Part shown: positions 36,089 through 46,323 of the stretch, piece by piece
How positions within the stretch are numbered: the stretch's first letter is position 1
How the letters are laid out: each line of letters opens with the position of its first letter
Assembly: GCA_964557045.1 (NCBI GenBank)
Contig: CAZKYB010000002.1
Coordinates: forward strand, 1,212-65,211
DNA: 64,000 nucleotides
From: an uncultured archaeon
GTDB lineage: Archaea; Iainarchaeota; Iainarchaeia; Iainarchaeales; VGJJ01
Direction: 5' to 3'
Translations under genes and position numbers: made by a program
The notes under the pieces: model-generated
Databases searched by the model: none
Told to the model about the DNA's origin: nothing
What the model saw: the letters and a program-made list of their open reading frames with translations, nothing else

Positions 36089-38032
36089 GTGCGTCCCATG
36101 CCCCAAAATTTAGCTCAAAAGATACTCCACCAACACCTCGTCGAAGGGGAAATGATCCCAGGGAAAGAAATAGGGATCAAAATCGACCAAACCCTCACCC
36201 AAGATGCCACGGGCACGATGGCCTACCTCCAGTTTGAAGCCATGGGATTGAAACAGGTCAAGACGGAACTCTCTGTTTCGTATGTCGACCACAACATGCT
36301 CCAAACCTCATTCGAAAACCCGGACGACCACCAATACCTGCAGAGTGTCGCAGCAAAATATGGAATATTATTCTCTAAGCCCGGAAATGGAATCTGTCAT
36401 CAAGTACACTTAGAACGATTTGGAAAGCCGGGAAAAACCCTCCTAGGGAGCGACTCGCACACCCCCACGAGTGGTGGGTTAGGAATGCTCGCCATGGGAG
36501 CCGGAGGGCTGGATGTTGCGGTGGCCATGGGAGGAGGCGCGTTCTACTTGAATATGCCCCGCGTCATCGGAGTCAAACTGACCGGAAAATTAAACGATTG
36601 GGTGTCCGCGAAAGACATTATTTTAGAAATGCTCCGACGATTGACCGTGAAAGGCGGCGTGGGAAAGATTGTCGAATATTATGGGGATGGAGTGAAAACA
36701 CTCAGCGTCCCTGAACGCGCCACCATCACCAACATGGGAGCCGAATTAGGAGCCACAACAAGCGTGTTTCCCTCGGACGAAATCACCAAGAAATACCTGC
36801 ACATGCAAGGACGAGAAAACGATTGGCACGAAATGAAAGCCGACGAAAACGCGACCTACGACGAACATGTCGAGATTAACCTTTCGGAATTGGAACCCAT
36901 GATTGCGTGCCCTTCTTCTCCTGACAATGTAAAGAAAGTTAGTGAAGTAGAAGGAATCGTAGTGAGTCAAGTATTAGTGGGAAGCTGCACCAATTCTTCG
37001 TACCGCGATTTGAGTATCATTTCATCCGTCATGGATGGGAAAACCGTACATGAGAATGTGTCCATGAGCGTGAACCCCGGATCCAAGCAAGTGTTGGAGA
37101 ATGTTACCTCCTCGGGAAAATTACTCTCCTTCATATCCTCCGGCGTACGCATCAATGAGTCCGGGTGCGGTGGATGCATTGGAATGGGACAAGCCCCCCC
37201 TTCCGGAAGCGTGTCCGTGCGAACATTCAACCGAAACTTCCCCGGACGAAGCGGAACGCCTGATGATAAGGTGTATTTGTGCTCCCCCGAAACGGCGGCC
37301 GCCACCGCACTGTATGGGAAGATTACTGATCCCCGCAAGTTAGGAGAATACCCCCCCATCGCGTGGCCAGAAAAGTTCCTCATCGATGATCGAATGATCG
37401 TCCTTCCCTCCTTACACCCGGAAGAAGTCACCGTGGTGCGCGGACCCAACATTGCCCCGCTACCCTTAGCCGGGACGCTGCAGGACAAAATTGAGAAGAA
37501 AGTTTTGTTGAAAGTCGGCGACAATATCTCCACGGACGGAATCATGCCCGCGGGAGCGAAAATTCTCCCCTTGCGGAGCAACATTCCCAAAATTTCCGAG
37601 TATGTCTTTTCTCCCATCGATCCTAACTTCGCCAAGAACGCGAAAGAAAATCATGGAGGAATCGTCATCGGAGGCGACAACTATGGTCAAGGCTCATCAC
37701 GTGAACACGCGGCGCTCGCGCCCATGTATTTGGGAATCAAAGCGGTTATTACGAAGACATTTGCCCGGATCCACAAAGCCAATCTGATTAATTTTGGCAT
37801 CCTTCCATTGGAGTTTGTGAATGCCAGCGACTATGAAAAAATCAGTGCCGGGGACGTGCTAGTGTTAGACGGACTCCACACCCACCTGCAGGGGAACAGT
37901 CATCAATTGGTATTGACGAACACCACGAAGGGAGTGGAAATCCCATTGAAAGAAGACTATACTCCCCGACAACGAGAAATCCTGCGCGCCGGCGGACTAC
38001 TGAATTTCACCCGCCAGCACGCGGCCAAGTAG
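36089..38032 (+). CDS. acn: Aconitate hydratase (aconitase, mitochondrial/AcnA-like).
   Basis: Fe-S ligands and signature motifs (GSCTNSSYRDL, CGGCIGMGQ). 647 aa. Confidence 0.9.
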   Translation: MRPMPQNLAQKILHQHLVEGEMIPGKEIGIKIDQTLTQDATGTMAYLQFEAMGLKQVKTELSVSYVDHNMLQTSFENPDDHQYLQSVAAKYGILFSKPGNGICHQVHLERFGKPGKTLLGSDSHTPTSGGLGMLAMGAGGLDVAVAMGGGAFYLNMPRVIGVKLTGKLNDWVSAKDIILEMLRRLTVKGGVGKIVEYYGDGVKTLSVPERATITNMGAELGATTSVFPSDEITKKYLHMQGRENDWHEMKADENATYDEHVEINLSELEPMIACPSSPDNVKKVSEVEGIVVSQVLVGSCTNSSYRDLSIISSVMDGKTVHENVSMSVNPGSKQVLENVTSSGKLLSFISSGVRINESGCGGCIGMGQAPPSGSVSVRTFNRNFPGRSGTPDDKVYLCSPETAAATALYGKITDPRKLGEYPPIAWPEKFLIDDRMIVLPSLHPEEVTVVRGPNIAPLPLAGTLQDKIEKKVLLKVGDNISTDGIMPAGAKILPLRSNIPKISEYVFSPIDPNFAKNAKENHGGIVIGGDNYGQGSSREHAALAPMYLGIKAVITKTFARIHKANLINFGILPLEFVNASDYEKISAGDVLVLDGLHTHLQGNSHQLVLTNTTKGVEIPLKEDYTPRQREILRAGGLLNFTRQHAAK

Positions 38033-38125
38033 AACTCATTCATACACCCCTCGAAAGGGGAGCAACCCATAAATATCCCCAGAAGGGTTATTCCTCTAAC
38101 CACATAGAGAGGGGTTGGATTTCAC

Positions 38126-39244
38126 ATGGCACATGACGTAACATTAATCCTAGGCGACGGAACCGGACCGGAACTGGCACGCGCAACCAGAAAGGTCCTG
38201 GACGCCACCGGAGTGAAATTCAACTGGGTCGAGCAAGAGGCCGGCATCGATGTATACGAGAAGACCGGAGACCCCTTCCCCGACACCCTCATTGACACCA
38301 TTAAACGCACGAAGACCGCGCTAAAGGCCCCTATTACCACCCCCGTAGCCACGGGATTTCGCTCGGTGAATGTGAAGCTCCGGAAGGACCTAGACCTCTA
38401 CATTAACCTCCGCCCCGCCAAGTCCTACGAAGGCGTGCGTTCACGGTATGAAAACTTAGATTTGGTCATCTTCCGAGAAAACACCGACGATGTGTATGTG
38501 GGAATTGAATTTGAGCAAGGAAAACCTGAAACTAAACAACTCATCCAGATGCTCAACCAGACCCATCCTAAAGAAAAGATCCCTGAGGACATTGGAATAT
38601 CCATCAAACCCATTTCAGAATACAAAAGTGAACGAATCGTGAAGGCCGCATTTGAATATGCAGTCAAACATCATCGAAAAAAAGTCACCTGCGTGCATAA
38701 AGCCAACATCATGAAACACACGGACGGATTATTCTTGAATATTGCACGCAGGGTTGCCGCCAACTATCCTCAAATTCAATTCGAAGACGTGATTGTGGAT
38801 AACATGTGCATGCAGCTCGTGCAAAAGCCCGAAGTGTATGACGTGTTAGTATTGCCCAACTTGTATGGAGACATTGTCTCCGATTTGTGCGCAGGATTGG
38901 TGGGAGGATTGGGCGTCGCCCCTGGTGCCAACATCGGAAACGAACTCGCCATCTTTGAAGCGGTGCACGGAAGCGCACCCAAGTACAAGGGGATGAACAA
39001 AGTCAACCCCACCGCGATGATCCTATCTGGAGTCATGATGCTGCGTCATTTGAATGAAATCGACGCCGCCGACAAACTTGAGCGTGCGGTGGCCCACGTC
39101 ATCAAGGAAAACAAGCACGTCACGTACGACTTGAAGCCCAAGGGACAAGAAGACCAGGCCGTCGGAACCAATGAGATGGCGGAGGCCGTTATTGCCGCCT
39201 ACCATGCGATGGGAACAAAGCCCAAGGCCCATGCCGACCTCTAG
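38126..39244 (+). CDS. icd: Isocitrate/isopropylmalate dehydrogenase family enzyme. Probably isocitrate dehydrogenase, given the adjacent aconitase.
   Basis: NLYGDIVSD signature. 372 aa. Confidence 0.75.
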   Translation: MAHDVTLILGDGTGPELARATRKVLDATGVKFNWVEQEAGIDVYEKTGDPFPDTLIDTIKRTKTALKAPITTPVATGFRSVNVKLRKDLDLYINLRPAKSYEGVRSRYENLDLVIFRENTDDVYVGIEFEQGKPETKQLIQMLNQTHPKEKIPEDIGISIKPISEYKSERIVKAAFEYAVKHHRKKVTCVHKANIMKHTDGLFLNIARRVAANYPQIQFEDVIVDNMCMQLVQKPEVYDVLVLPNLYGDIVSDLCAGLVGGLGVAPGANIGNELAIFEAVHGSAPKYKGMNKVNPTAMILSGVMMLRHLNEIDAADKLERAVAHVIKENKHVTYDLKPKGQEDQAVGTNEMAEAVIAAYHAMGTKPKAHADL

Positions 39245-39307
39245 GAAAAACCTCCTCGAAACCCGGAGCTCAACTTCTAAAAAGAAGTTGAGACGGGAAA
39301 AAAATAA

Positions 39308-40390
39308 TTATTCGGCCGTGAACGTGAACTCGTCGGAGTCCACGATCTCTAATACATCGAGTTCTTTACACACACATTTAGCTGTAAGCCACTCCGCCAG
39401 AGAAGGCTTGCTTCTCCCTTCATCCCCGGAGATAAATTCCTTGATGTAACACCCCGCGGAGGCGTGCAATTCCACGTCAATATGAAACGGGTCGATTTGC
39501 GTGATCTTTTCTAAGGTAATCCAGTGGGGCCGTTCCTTCATCACCCTCCGTTTTTCCACCCGAATGGGAGTGGTTTGCAGGACATCCATCTTTTGGTTCA
39601 AAAAAGACGATAATTTTTCCACGCTTATTTTTTCAGTGGACTCCACCAGCGCTCGATAACGCTTGGTATGGTAGTTTCGCGTGATAAACACCACGTCCGC
39701 GGGAATACCGATTGACAAATCGAACAATTCAACCTTTCCCTTCAGCGCGGAATTGATTTGCGACTGGAGTTTGCCCATATCGGCCACACGAAGGGTTGGA
39801 TTTTCGAGGGTCAAAGCAAACGGGCGGCCCCTCCCCAGCATACGCACATCCACATCTTCTCTCCCTGCGCCGTGAAACAAGACTTCGTCGCATTGAAACG
39901 CATCTTTGATGAAGGGAGTGACCAATTCCTGCACGCTTTCCTTCGTTAGGATCTTTTCACCCTTACACACGTTACATACATTTCCATGCGAACGACCGGT
40001 GCCTTTACATTCGTAACAATAGTGGCGTGTTTGGGCAATCGTGCGCACGAGTTTAGTATAATTCCCCTTGAGAATGACGGGAAGAAATTGCAGCGTGACT
40101 TTCTTTTCGACCTCGTCAAACACAATCTCTACGTCCGGGTGTTCTAATCCAATCATTTTTCCTTGAAACAATGAATGATTAGCCACTCGATTCTTGACGG
40201 CCTTGGAAATCAACTCTTTTTGGAGAGGGTCGCGGATACGCACCCCAATGGAATAGGTGGTCCACTCCCGAGACGAGAGAAGCTCGTCCAGCTTAGCAAA
40301 CGGAAGATCCGGGAGGGTGGTTTCCAGTGGAATCCGAAGAATGGTCACCATACCCATTCCCCCGGCTGAACCCTTATAATTAACCAACAC
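39308..40390 (-). CDS. pus10: tRNA pseudouridine synthase Pus10.
   Basis: FHGAGREDVDVRMLGRGRPFALTL matches the Pus10 catalytic motif, with a Cys4 zinc site (CYECKG...CNVCKG). About 360 aa. Confidence 0.65.
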   Translation of the reverse strand: MLVNYKGSAGGMGMVTILRIPLETTLPDLPFAKLDELLSSREWTTYSIGVRIRDPLQKELISKAVKNRVANHSLFQGKMIGLEHPDVEIVFDEVEKKVTLQFLPVILKGNYTKLVRTIAQTRHYCYECKGTGRSHGNVCNVCKGEKILTKESVQELVTPFIKDAFQCDEVLFHGAGREDVDVRMLGRGRPFALTLENPTLRVADMGKLQSQINSALKGKVELFDLSIGIPADVVFITRNYHTKRYRALVESTEKISVEKLSSFLNQKMDVLQTTPIRVEKRRVMKERPHWITLEKITQIDPFHIDVELHASAGCYIKEFISGDEGRSKPSLAEWLTAKCVCKELDVLEIVDSDEFTFTAE

Positions 40391-40516
40391 GGAACACGGC
40401 GGAAAGCTCGCCCAACCTTTTTAAGTCGAAAGACGAATGGCTAGTGCGTTCTCCGGTGCAAGGGGAGGGCCTTCACAAAGCCGCTCCTCAGACGTGCCGT
40501 TGCGAGAACAGGAAAC

Positions 40517-41485
40517 GTGAACACTATGGCCGCTAAAGCCGAAATCAAAGAAGTTAAGGATCTCCCTGGAATCGGACCCCAGGCTGCAGAAAAACTATTT
40601 TCCGCCGGATACAAAAGCCTCGAAAGCGTGGCCGTGGCCTCCCCCATGGAGCTGATTGAAGCCTCAGGGTTGGGAGAAGGAACCGCCGAAAAAGCCATCA
40701 AAGCCGCCCGCGACGCATTAGAAATGGGATATGAGAGCGCGGATATTCTTGCCGAGCGACGAAAACTCGTCGGACGCATTTCTACCGGATCCAAGGAATT
40801 GGACAATCTAATCGGAGGGGGAATTGAAACCCAATCCATCACGGAGATTTATGGAAAATTTGCCTCCGGAAAGACCCAGTGGTGCTTTCAAACCGCAGTA
40901 ACGGTGCAGAAACCCGTGGGAGAGGGAGGATTGGGGGGAAATTGTCTCTACATTGACTCCGAAAACTCTTTCCGACCTGAACGCGTCATCTCCATCGCGG
41001 AAGCGAATGGAATGAATTCGGAAGACGTGTTGAAGAACATCTTTGTCGCCCGCGCGTACAACGCCGACCACCAAATGCTGTTGGCAGAAAAGGCCGCGGA
41101 GCTCATCAACGAGAAAAACATCAAACTCGTGATTGTGGACTCGCTCACCGCGCAATTCCGAAGTGAATTCATCGGACGCGGACAGCTCGCGGATCGACAG
41201 CAGCGATTAAACAAGCACATGCGCGTGCTACAGCGATTGGCGGAGATGAGCAACGTCGCCGTACTGGTAACGAATCAAGTCATGGAGCGACCCGACATCA
41301 TGTTTGGAGATCCCACCGCCCCGGTCGGAGGAAACGTGGTTGGACACGCCTCGAAAACACGATTGTATCTGCGCAAAGGAAAGGAGAACAAGCGAATCGC
41401 CAAGCTGGTGGATAGCCCCTCCTTGCCGGACGGAGAAGCCGTGTACGCGGTCACCGAAAAGGGAATCGAAGACATCGACGAATAA
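40517..41485 (+). CDS. radA: DNA repair and recombination protein RadA.
   Basis: N-terminal HhH domain followed by a RecA fold (GKFASGKTQ Walker A, LVIVDS). Confidence 0.9.
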   Translation: MNTMAAKAEIKEVKDLPGIGPQAAEKLFSAGYKSLESVAVASPMELIEASGLGEGTAEKAIKAARDALEMGYESADILAERRKLVGRISTGSKELDNLIGGGIETQSITEIYGKFASGKTQWCFQTAVTVQKPVGEGGLGGNCLYIDSENSFRPERVISIAEANGMNSEDVLKNIFVARAYNADHQMLLAEKAAELINEKNIKLVIVDSLTAQFRSEFIGRGQLADRQQRLNKHMRVLQRLAEMSNVAVLVTNQVMERPDIMFGDPTAPVGGNVVGHASKTRLYLRKGKENKRIAKLVDSPSLPDGEAVYAVTEKGIEDIDE

Positions 41486-41531
41486 TGATTCAATCAAAAA
41501 TACACGGAGGAGGGAGAAAATCCCTTCTCCT

Positions 41532-41765
41532 TCACTCTTTTTTCGGCACCATTTTCTCTTGATAGACGATGATGTGTAAGGCCCCAAACATGATCCCAAA
41601 GGCCAGTAAGTACAAAAACCACTGGCGAAATACGATGGCCTGAAACTGACCCCAATAGGCGACTAATACGGAGAGAATGGCCAATCCCAAGGGGAGGAGA
41701 AAATTAGCCAGGGTGTGATGGACATGCACCGGACGAGACATGCGAGGCTTGGATGAACGTTTCAT
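41532..41765 (-). CDS. Small two-TM membrane protein (77 aa).
   Basis: Hydrophobic helices with a basic N-terminus. Confidence 0.35.
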   Translation of the reverse strand: MKRSSKPRMSRPVHVHHTLANFLLPLGLAILSVLVAYWGQFQAIVFRQWFLYLLAFGIMFGALHIIVYQEKMVPKKE

Positions 41766-41841
41766 TCTGGATGGACTTTTTCCCCATATTTAATACGAGA
41801 GCATTAAAAACGAAAAAACACTCCCCTAGGATGGTGAATCG

Positions 41842-42162
41842 ATGACCGATCTCTTCTACGACGAATACTTGAAAGCCAGCGAGAAATTCAAACAAAACGC
41901 AGGGGCCGCCAACGAAGCCTATCAAGCGTGGAAGAATACCGCCATGGCTGCTGGAGCATTGGACAAAAAAACGAAAGAACTCATGGCATTGGCCGCCGCG
42001 TGTGCCATCCAGTGTGAATACTGCATCGACTCTCACTCGCAAAAGGCTAAAGCCTATGGCGCCACTGAACAAGAAGTCGCGGAAACCATCCAGGTGGCTA
42101 CCGTCGTCAAAGCCGGTGCGACTGTCTCCTATGGAATTAAGGCGTTCGAACACTTTCTTTGA
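41842..42162 (+). CDS. Carboxymuconolactone decarboxylase / AhpD-like family protein.
   Basis: AhpD core CxxCxxxH (CAIQCEYCIDSH). Confidence 0.7.
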   Translation: MTDLFYDEYLKASEKFKQNAGAANEAYQAWKNTAMAAGALDKKTKELMALAAACAIQCEYCIDSHSQKAKAYGATEQEVAETIQVATVVKAGATVSYGIKAFEHFL

Positions 42163-42724
42163 AGGGCATCTCCCGAGTATTCATGGACGATAATCGCAAA
42201 TAAAGCTGGGAGGCCACACTACTGTACGCATGGGAAAATTGAACAACCTCTTTTTCAGGCAAAATTGAACGTAATTTATTTTCCAGGTATCGCTCCGAAG
42301 AAGAAACAGCATCCAAATCAAAACTCTCACATAGTTTATGGATTTTTTTCCGTAAGGAACGGTGCGCGGCAGTGTTTAGAATTCCGATACGAAACATTGC
42401 CCGCTGAAATGCCATTTCTTGAATCTCTGGTTGAATCGCCAGTCTCCACCGGGACAATGCATTCCTGAATCGGTCCATTTCCCCAATAAATGCGGGTGAC
42501 GTGCCCCTCCGCATCACCGCGGAATACCTCTGAACATTCGCCGCACAACGAATGAGATCACCCCGTATGGCCGAGAGGGTGGGGTCATTGCTCTCATAGA
42601 TGCGAGTGGCCATCCTGTCAAACATGGGTGAATTCGAAAATAAACGCCCGCGGCGAAGAATACGAAAACGACGATAGGGCGCCGTAAAATGACGAACAAA
42701 CCGCCTCACCGGTCGGGAATGCAT
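42137..42724 (-). CDS. Hypothetical protein, second member of the Arg-rich paralog family.
   Basis: N-terminus MHSRPVRRFVRHFTAPYRRFRILRRGRLF, then ...RGTSPAF, aligning with RRAAIFRMAP...RGMRPAF of 28191..28877. Confidence 0.45.
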   Translation of the reverse strand: MHSRPVRRFVRHFTAPYRRFRILRRGRLFSNSPMFDRMATRIYESNDPTLSAIRGDLIRCAANVQRYSAVMRRGTSPAFIGEMDRFRNALSRWRLAIQPEIQEMAFQRAMFRIGILNTAAHRSLRKKIHKLCESFDLDAVSSSERYLENKLRSILPEKEVVQFSHAYSSVASQLYLRLSSMNTREMPFKESVRTP

Positions 42725-42755
42725 CCAAACTCCGAGACGAGGGACAATAAAAGAG

Positions 42756-43142
42756 CTACTTGTACTTCAACACTTCAACCGTGCCCTTGGTGGAATCCTT
42801 TAATTCCGCCGAGGCGAGAGGGTAAATCTCAATGATGGGCTCTTCGTACGGATGAATGGATCGCAGGAGTTTCACCATGTGATCCGCATGAGACGCTTGA
42901 CACGTGGTCTCAATCTTCACTTCCTGCACCATCTCGCGCTTATTCAATCGACCCTTGAAGGGCTTGCTTCCCTTCAATGCAATCCAGGTTCCATGACCGA
43001 ATGTCAAAAAGGCACACCCTTCGTATTTCTTATCCCCAAACGAACCGCACCCTTGTGTATGCATCAAATCCAGCATGGCATCCATGTGTGTCTTGGGTGC
43101 ATACACCACCAGCTTGACCAGAGAAAGTTTCGAGGGCGCCAT
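42756..43142 (-). CDS. CutA1-like / PII-fold small protein.
   Basis: The C-terminal HPYEEPIIEIYPL resembles the CutA HPYEVPEII motif. 128 aa. Confidence 0.4.
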   Translation of the reverse strand: MAPSKLSLVKLVVYAPKTHMDAMLDLMHTQGCGSFGDKKYEGCAFLTFGHGTWIALKGSKPFKGRLNKREMVQEVKIETTCQASHADHMVKLLRSIHPYEEPIIEIYPLASAELKDSTKGTVEVLKYK

Positions 43143-43149
43143 TGTGTGT

Positions 43150-43884
43150 TCACCACTTCTCGATAATGACGTTTTCCGCCGGGAACTTCACATCATCAAT
43201 GCAAAACTTCACTAGGTGTTCGGCAATCTCAGGCTTTCCGCAAATGTACACTTTCGCATGGTCCTTGTGCGAAGAGGAATACGACTTCAGGGAGTCCTGC
43301 ACGTATCCTTTGGCATGCGTCCAATGATCATCCGGGCGCGACGCGGTGATGTGAATCTTGAAGTTAGGGTGGGTTTTGGCTAAGTGCTCCAACTCCTCCT
43401 TGTACATATACTGCGAAGGAAAGCGGAAACCAAAATACAATGAAATGGGAACCTTCGAGCCGTTGTGCAACAGCGTGCGAATCATTGAGATGAGAGGAGC
43501 GATGCCCGTTCCCGTGGCGAGGAAAACATACTCAGGAGCAGTCTCATCCAGCAAGAACTTACCAAACGCCCCACGCACGGAAATTTCATCCCCTACGTTC
43601 AGGCTCATCAGCTTGTGAGAAACACCCGTGGGAGAACCATCTCCGATGCAAAATTCCAATAGCCCCTTTTGAGTGGGAGATGAAGAAATAGAATACGAGG
43701 CCCATTTTACGGCATTGGGATTTGCCAATAATTTAACGTCCGGATGAGAGATCATCGCGAACTGACCCGAAATGTAGGGCATGGAAACAGAATGGGGAAG
43801 CTCGCACTCAAATACGCGCGTGGCCGAGCCCTCATGAACGGGAAAATCAATGATTTTGGTTATGTGGGATTTGAAATCAACCAT
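43150..43884 (-). CDS. Ferredoxin-NADP reductase-like FAD/NAD(P)-binding oxidoreductase.
   Basis: FAD RxYS-type motif (KWASYSISS) and NAD GTGIAP motif. Confidence 0.7.
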   Translation of the reverse strand: MVDFKSHITKIIDFPVHEGSATRVFECELPHSVSMPYISGQFAMISHPDVKLLANPNAVKWASYSISSSPTQKGLLEFCIGDGSPTGVSHKLMSLNVGDEISVRGAFGKFLLDETAPEYVFLATGTGIAPLISMIRTLLHNGSKVPISLYFGFRFPSQYMYKEELEHLAKTHPNFKIHITASRPDDHWTHAKGYVQDSLKSYSSSHKDHAKVYICGKPEIAEHLVKFCIDDVKFPAENVIIEKW

Positions 43885-43923
43885 GTAAAAGTTTCGAGGT
43901 AGAACCCTTAAAAAGCGGGGCCC

Positions 43924-45093
43924 TTAGGCCCGCCTTTTGGAGGATTTACCCGACTTATAGGCCTTCTCAACCTCGGCCTCCAGAGCCTCACAAGCCTGCT
44001 TTACCGCCAATCGAACCTTCCATTCGGAAGCCGACGCATTGAATCGGCGACCCGCCCCTTCAACGGTCAATTTGACTTCCGTCTTTGCCCGCAAACCCGT
44101 CTTATTCGATTGCTTGAACACCGCATGCATGGAATGCTCCCCCTTCAGGATGCGCTCGATTTTCCCATACGTCCGATCGAATAATTTTTGAACGAAAACA
44201 GTATCCACTTCGTCCAAGTCCGGCATATGAGAGATTTGGACCGGCGACACCACCACGGCGGATTCGGAAGAAGCCCCGTTCAAATAGGCATCAAAGATGG
44301 ACTGCGTCGAAATAATCCCCGACAACCCATTTCCTGAAACCAACACAACCGGGTTTGCCTGCTTCGCCATTATCTGGACAATCTTTTTCCCTTTTTCAGT
44401 TGAGGAAACAATCGGAACGTCGACATCCATGACGGACTTCACATTCAACCGGAGTCCTGGTTTACGTGAAACCGATTGGCGACCGGAACCCATCTTGAAT
44501 GACTCACGGGAGGAACGATCCAACCCCAACAACACATCCGTGGCTACATCCTCGATGCGAATAACCCCAACTGGTTTTTGCTTCGTATCTACAACCGGAA
44601 GCTTTCGTACGTTTCCCCCGCGCATCTGCTGGACCGCCTTACCTAAATCGGCCGAATCGGAAATAACCAACGGATTGAACGTCGCCAAGGACTTGGCATC
44701 CGCGTTCGAAAAACCCTCATGGGACTGCAAACGAGAAATGACCTCCTGGGCAGTCACCACGCCCAGCATTTTCCCCTTCTCCATCACGGGAAGAGTGCGC
44801 ACATCCGAGTCGCGCATCAAGCGAACCACCGTATTGAATGAGTCCGTGGAACTCACGGAAGGAGCGGAGCGCATCACCGAGGAAACCTTGGTGGTGGTCA
44901 AATCCACGTTTCGAAGCAAACCCGACTCGGACAAGAGACCAGCGACCTTTTTCCCATCCATCACCACCGCCTCAGCGGCCGACCCTTTCTTGAGGGCGGC
45001 AAATGCCTTGGAAAGAGGACTCGTGGACTCAATCTGAACAAAATTAGACGTCATCAGGTCGCGCGCGACCAGGTTGGAAACGGATTCGGACAT
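43924..45093 (-). CDS. CBS-domain protein (four CBS repeats).
   Basis: Repeated CBS-like beta-alpha-beta segments (VMRSAPSVSSTDS, VTAQEV and others). Confidence 0.7.
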   Translation of the reverse strand: MSESVSNLVARDLMTSNFVQIESTSPLSKAFAALKKGSAAEAVVMDGKKVAGLLSESGLLRNVDLTTTKVSSVMRSAPSVSSTDSFNTVVRLMRDSDVRTLPVMEKGKMLGVVTAQEVISRLQSHEGFSNADAKSLATFNPLVISDSADLGKAVQQMRGGNVRKLPVVDTKQKPVGVIRIEDVATDVLLGLDRSSRESFKMGSGRQSVSRKPGLRLNVKSVMDVDVPIVSSTEKGKKIVQIMAKQANPVVLVSGNGLSGIISTQSIFDAYLNGASSESAVVVSPVQISHMPDLDEVDTVFVQKLFDRTYGKIERILKGEHSMHAVFKQSNKTGLRAKTEVKLTVEGAGRRFNASASEWKVRLAVKQACEALEAEVEKAYKSGKSSKRRA

Positions 45094-45157
45094 AGGAAAA
45101 CAAACCCCCAGGATTCGTTAACCAAAATGGGATTTCAGATTAATAAGGGACCCGGTA

Positions 45158-46273
45158 TCACCTGGAATACTTCTTCAAAAAGTCCCGAGAAAACGACTTG
45201 AACTCGTTTTCCCGAATTGCCGTACGCGCACCCTCCATGGTTTTCGCCATAAAATGGAGATTATGATGAGATAGGAAACGGAAACCCGATTCCTCACTGT
45301 TTTTTGCCAAATGATGAACCAGACCCGCGGAATAATTCTCGCACACCATACAATCACATTCCTTATCTAACGGATTGAAATCATGCGCGTATTGGTTGTT
45401 CTTGATGGACACCCTCCCCTGAGAGGTCAACGCCAACCCATGACGCGCGGTGCGCGTGGGAAACACACTATCGAAGATGTCCGCGCCCCACCCAATCGCT
45501 TGAACGATATCCTCGGGTGTTCCTAACCCCATCACATACAAAGGGGTTTCCTCCCCAATCGTTTTCCGGGCCATGGCGATAATCTTGTGCATGGTGGGCT
45601 TGGGTTCCCCAATGGCCAATCCTCCCAGCGCAATCCCGTCAAAGCCCATTTGGGAGAGGGACTTGATTCCTTTCTCCCTTAAATCAAGGAAAGTTCCGCC
45701 TTGAGAAATGCCAAACAACAATTGTTTTTTTGATGTGTGAGCAACCCTACAACGCTTCGCCCAATCCAGCGTGCGTTGCAATGTTTGCGCATAGAAGGGT
45801 TTCCCTTGCTCCTCCCCAAAACGAGGAACATCATCCAATACCATCGCCACGTCCGAATTCAAGGACTGCTGGACCTGCATGCACTTTTCAGGAGTAAACA
45901 ACTCTTGCTTCTTCGTGAAGGGATTATTCAACACCACCCCTTCATCCTTGCGCGCCACGAGAAATGTTTCATCCAATATCTGGAATCCACCAGAATCGGT
46001 AAACAATCCGTGCTTCCAATTCATGAATTTGTGAATGCCCCCTGCTTTCTTGATGGTGTTGAGACCCGGACGCAAATAGAAAATGAACGCGTTGGATATC
46101 ATGCACCGATAACCCATGTCGGATACTTCATTCAGCGTGAGATGCTTCACGCTTCCCTTCGTTGCTACCGGCATGTAAAACGGAGTCTCTATTTTCCCAT
46201 GCGCCAGACTCAAATGGCCGGAACGCGCACCCGTGCCTTTGTCTATTTTAGACAGGGAGAAAGGAGAAGACAT
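45158..46273 (-). CDS. tgt: tRNA-guanine transglycosylase (queuine/archaeosine TGT family, catalytic domain only).
   Basis: Zinc site CDCMVCENY...H and N-terminal GARSGHLSLAHGKIETPFYMPVAT. Start moved to the internal ATG at 46273, removing the overlap with the upstream gene. Confidence 0.8.
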   Translation of the reverse strand: MSSPFSLSKIDKGTGARSGHLSLAHGKIETPFYMPVATKGSVKHLTLNEVSDMGYRCMISNAFIFYLRPGLNTIKKAGGIHKFMNWKHGLFTDSGGFQILDETFLVARKDEGVVLNNPFTKKQELFTPEKCMQVQQSLNSDVAMVLDDVPRFGEEQGKPFYAQTLQRTLDWAKRCRVAHTSKKQLLFGISQGGTFLDLREKGIKSLSQMGFDGIALGGLAIGEPKPTMHKIIAMARKTIGEETPLYVMGLGTPEDIVQAIGWGADIFDSVFPTRTARHGLALTSQGRVSIKNNQYAHDFNPLDKECDCMVCENYSAGLVHHLAKNSEESGFRFLSHHNLHFMAKTMEGARTAIRENEFKSFSRDFLKKYSR

Positions 46274-46323
46274 ACGAAAAACAAAAGGAGAGAAAATATA
46301 ATGGAAATGGAGAGGGGAAGGCC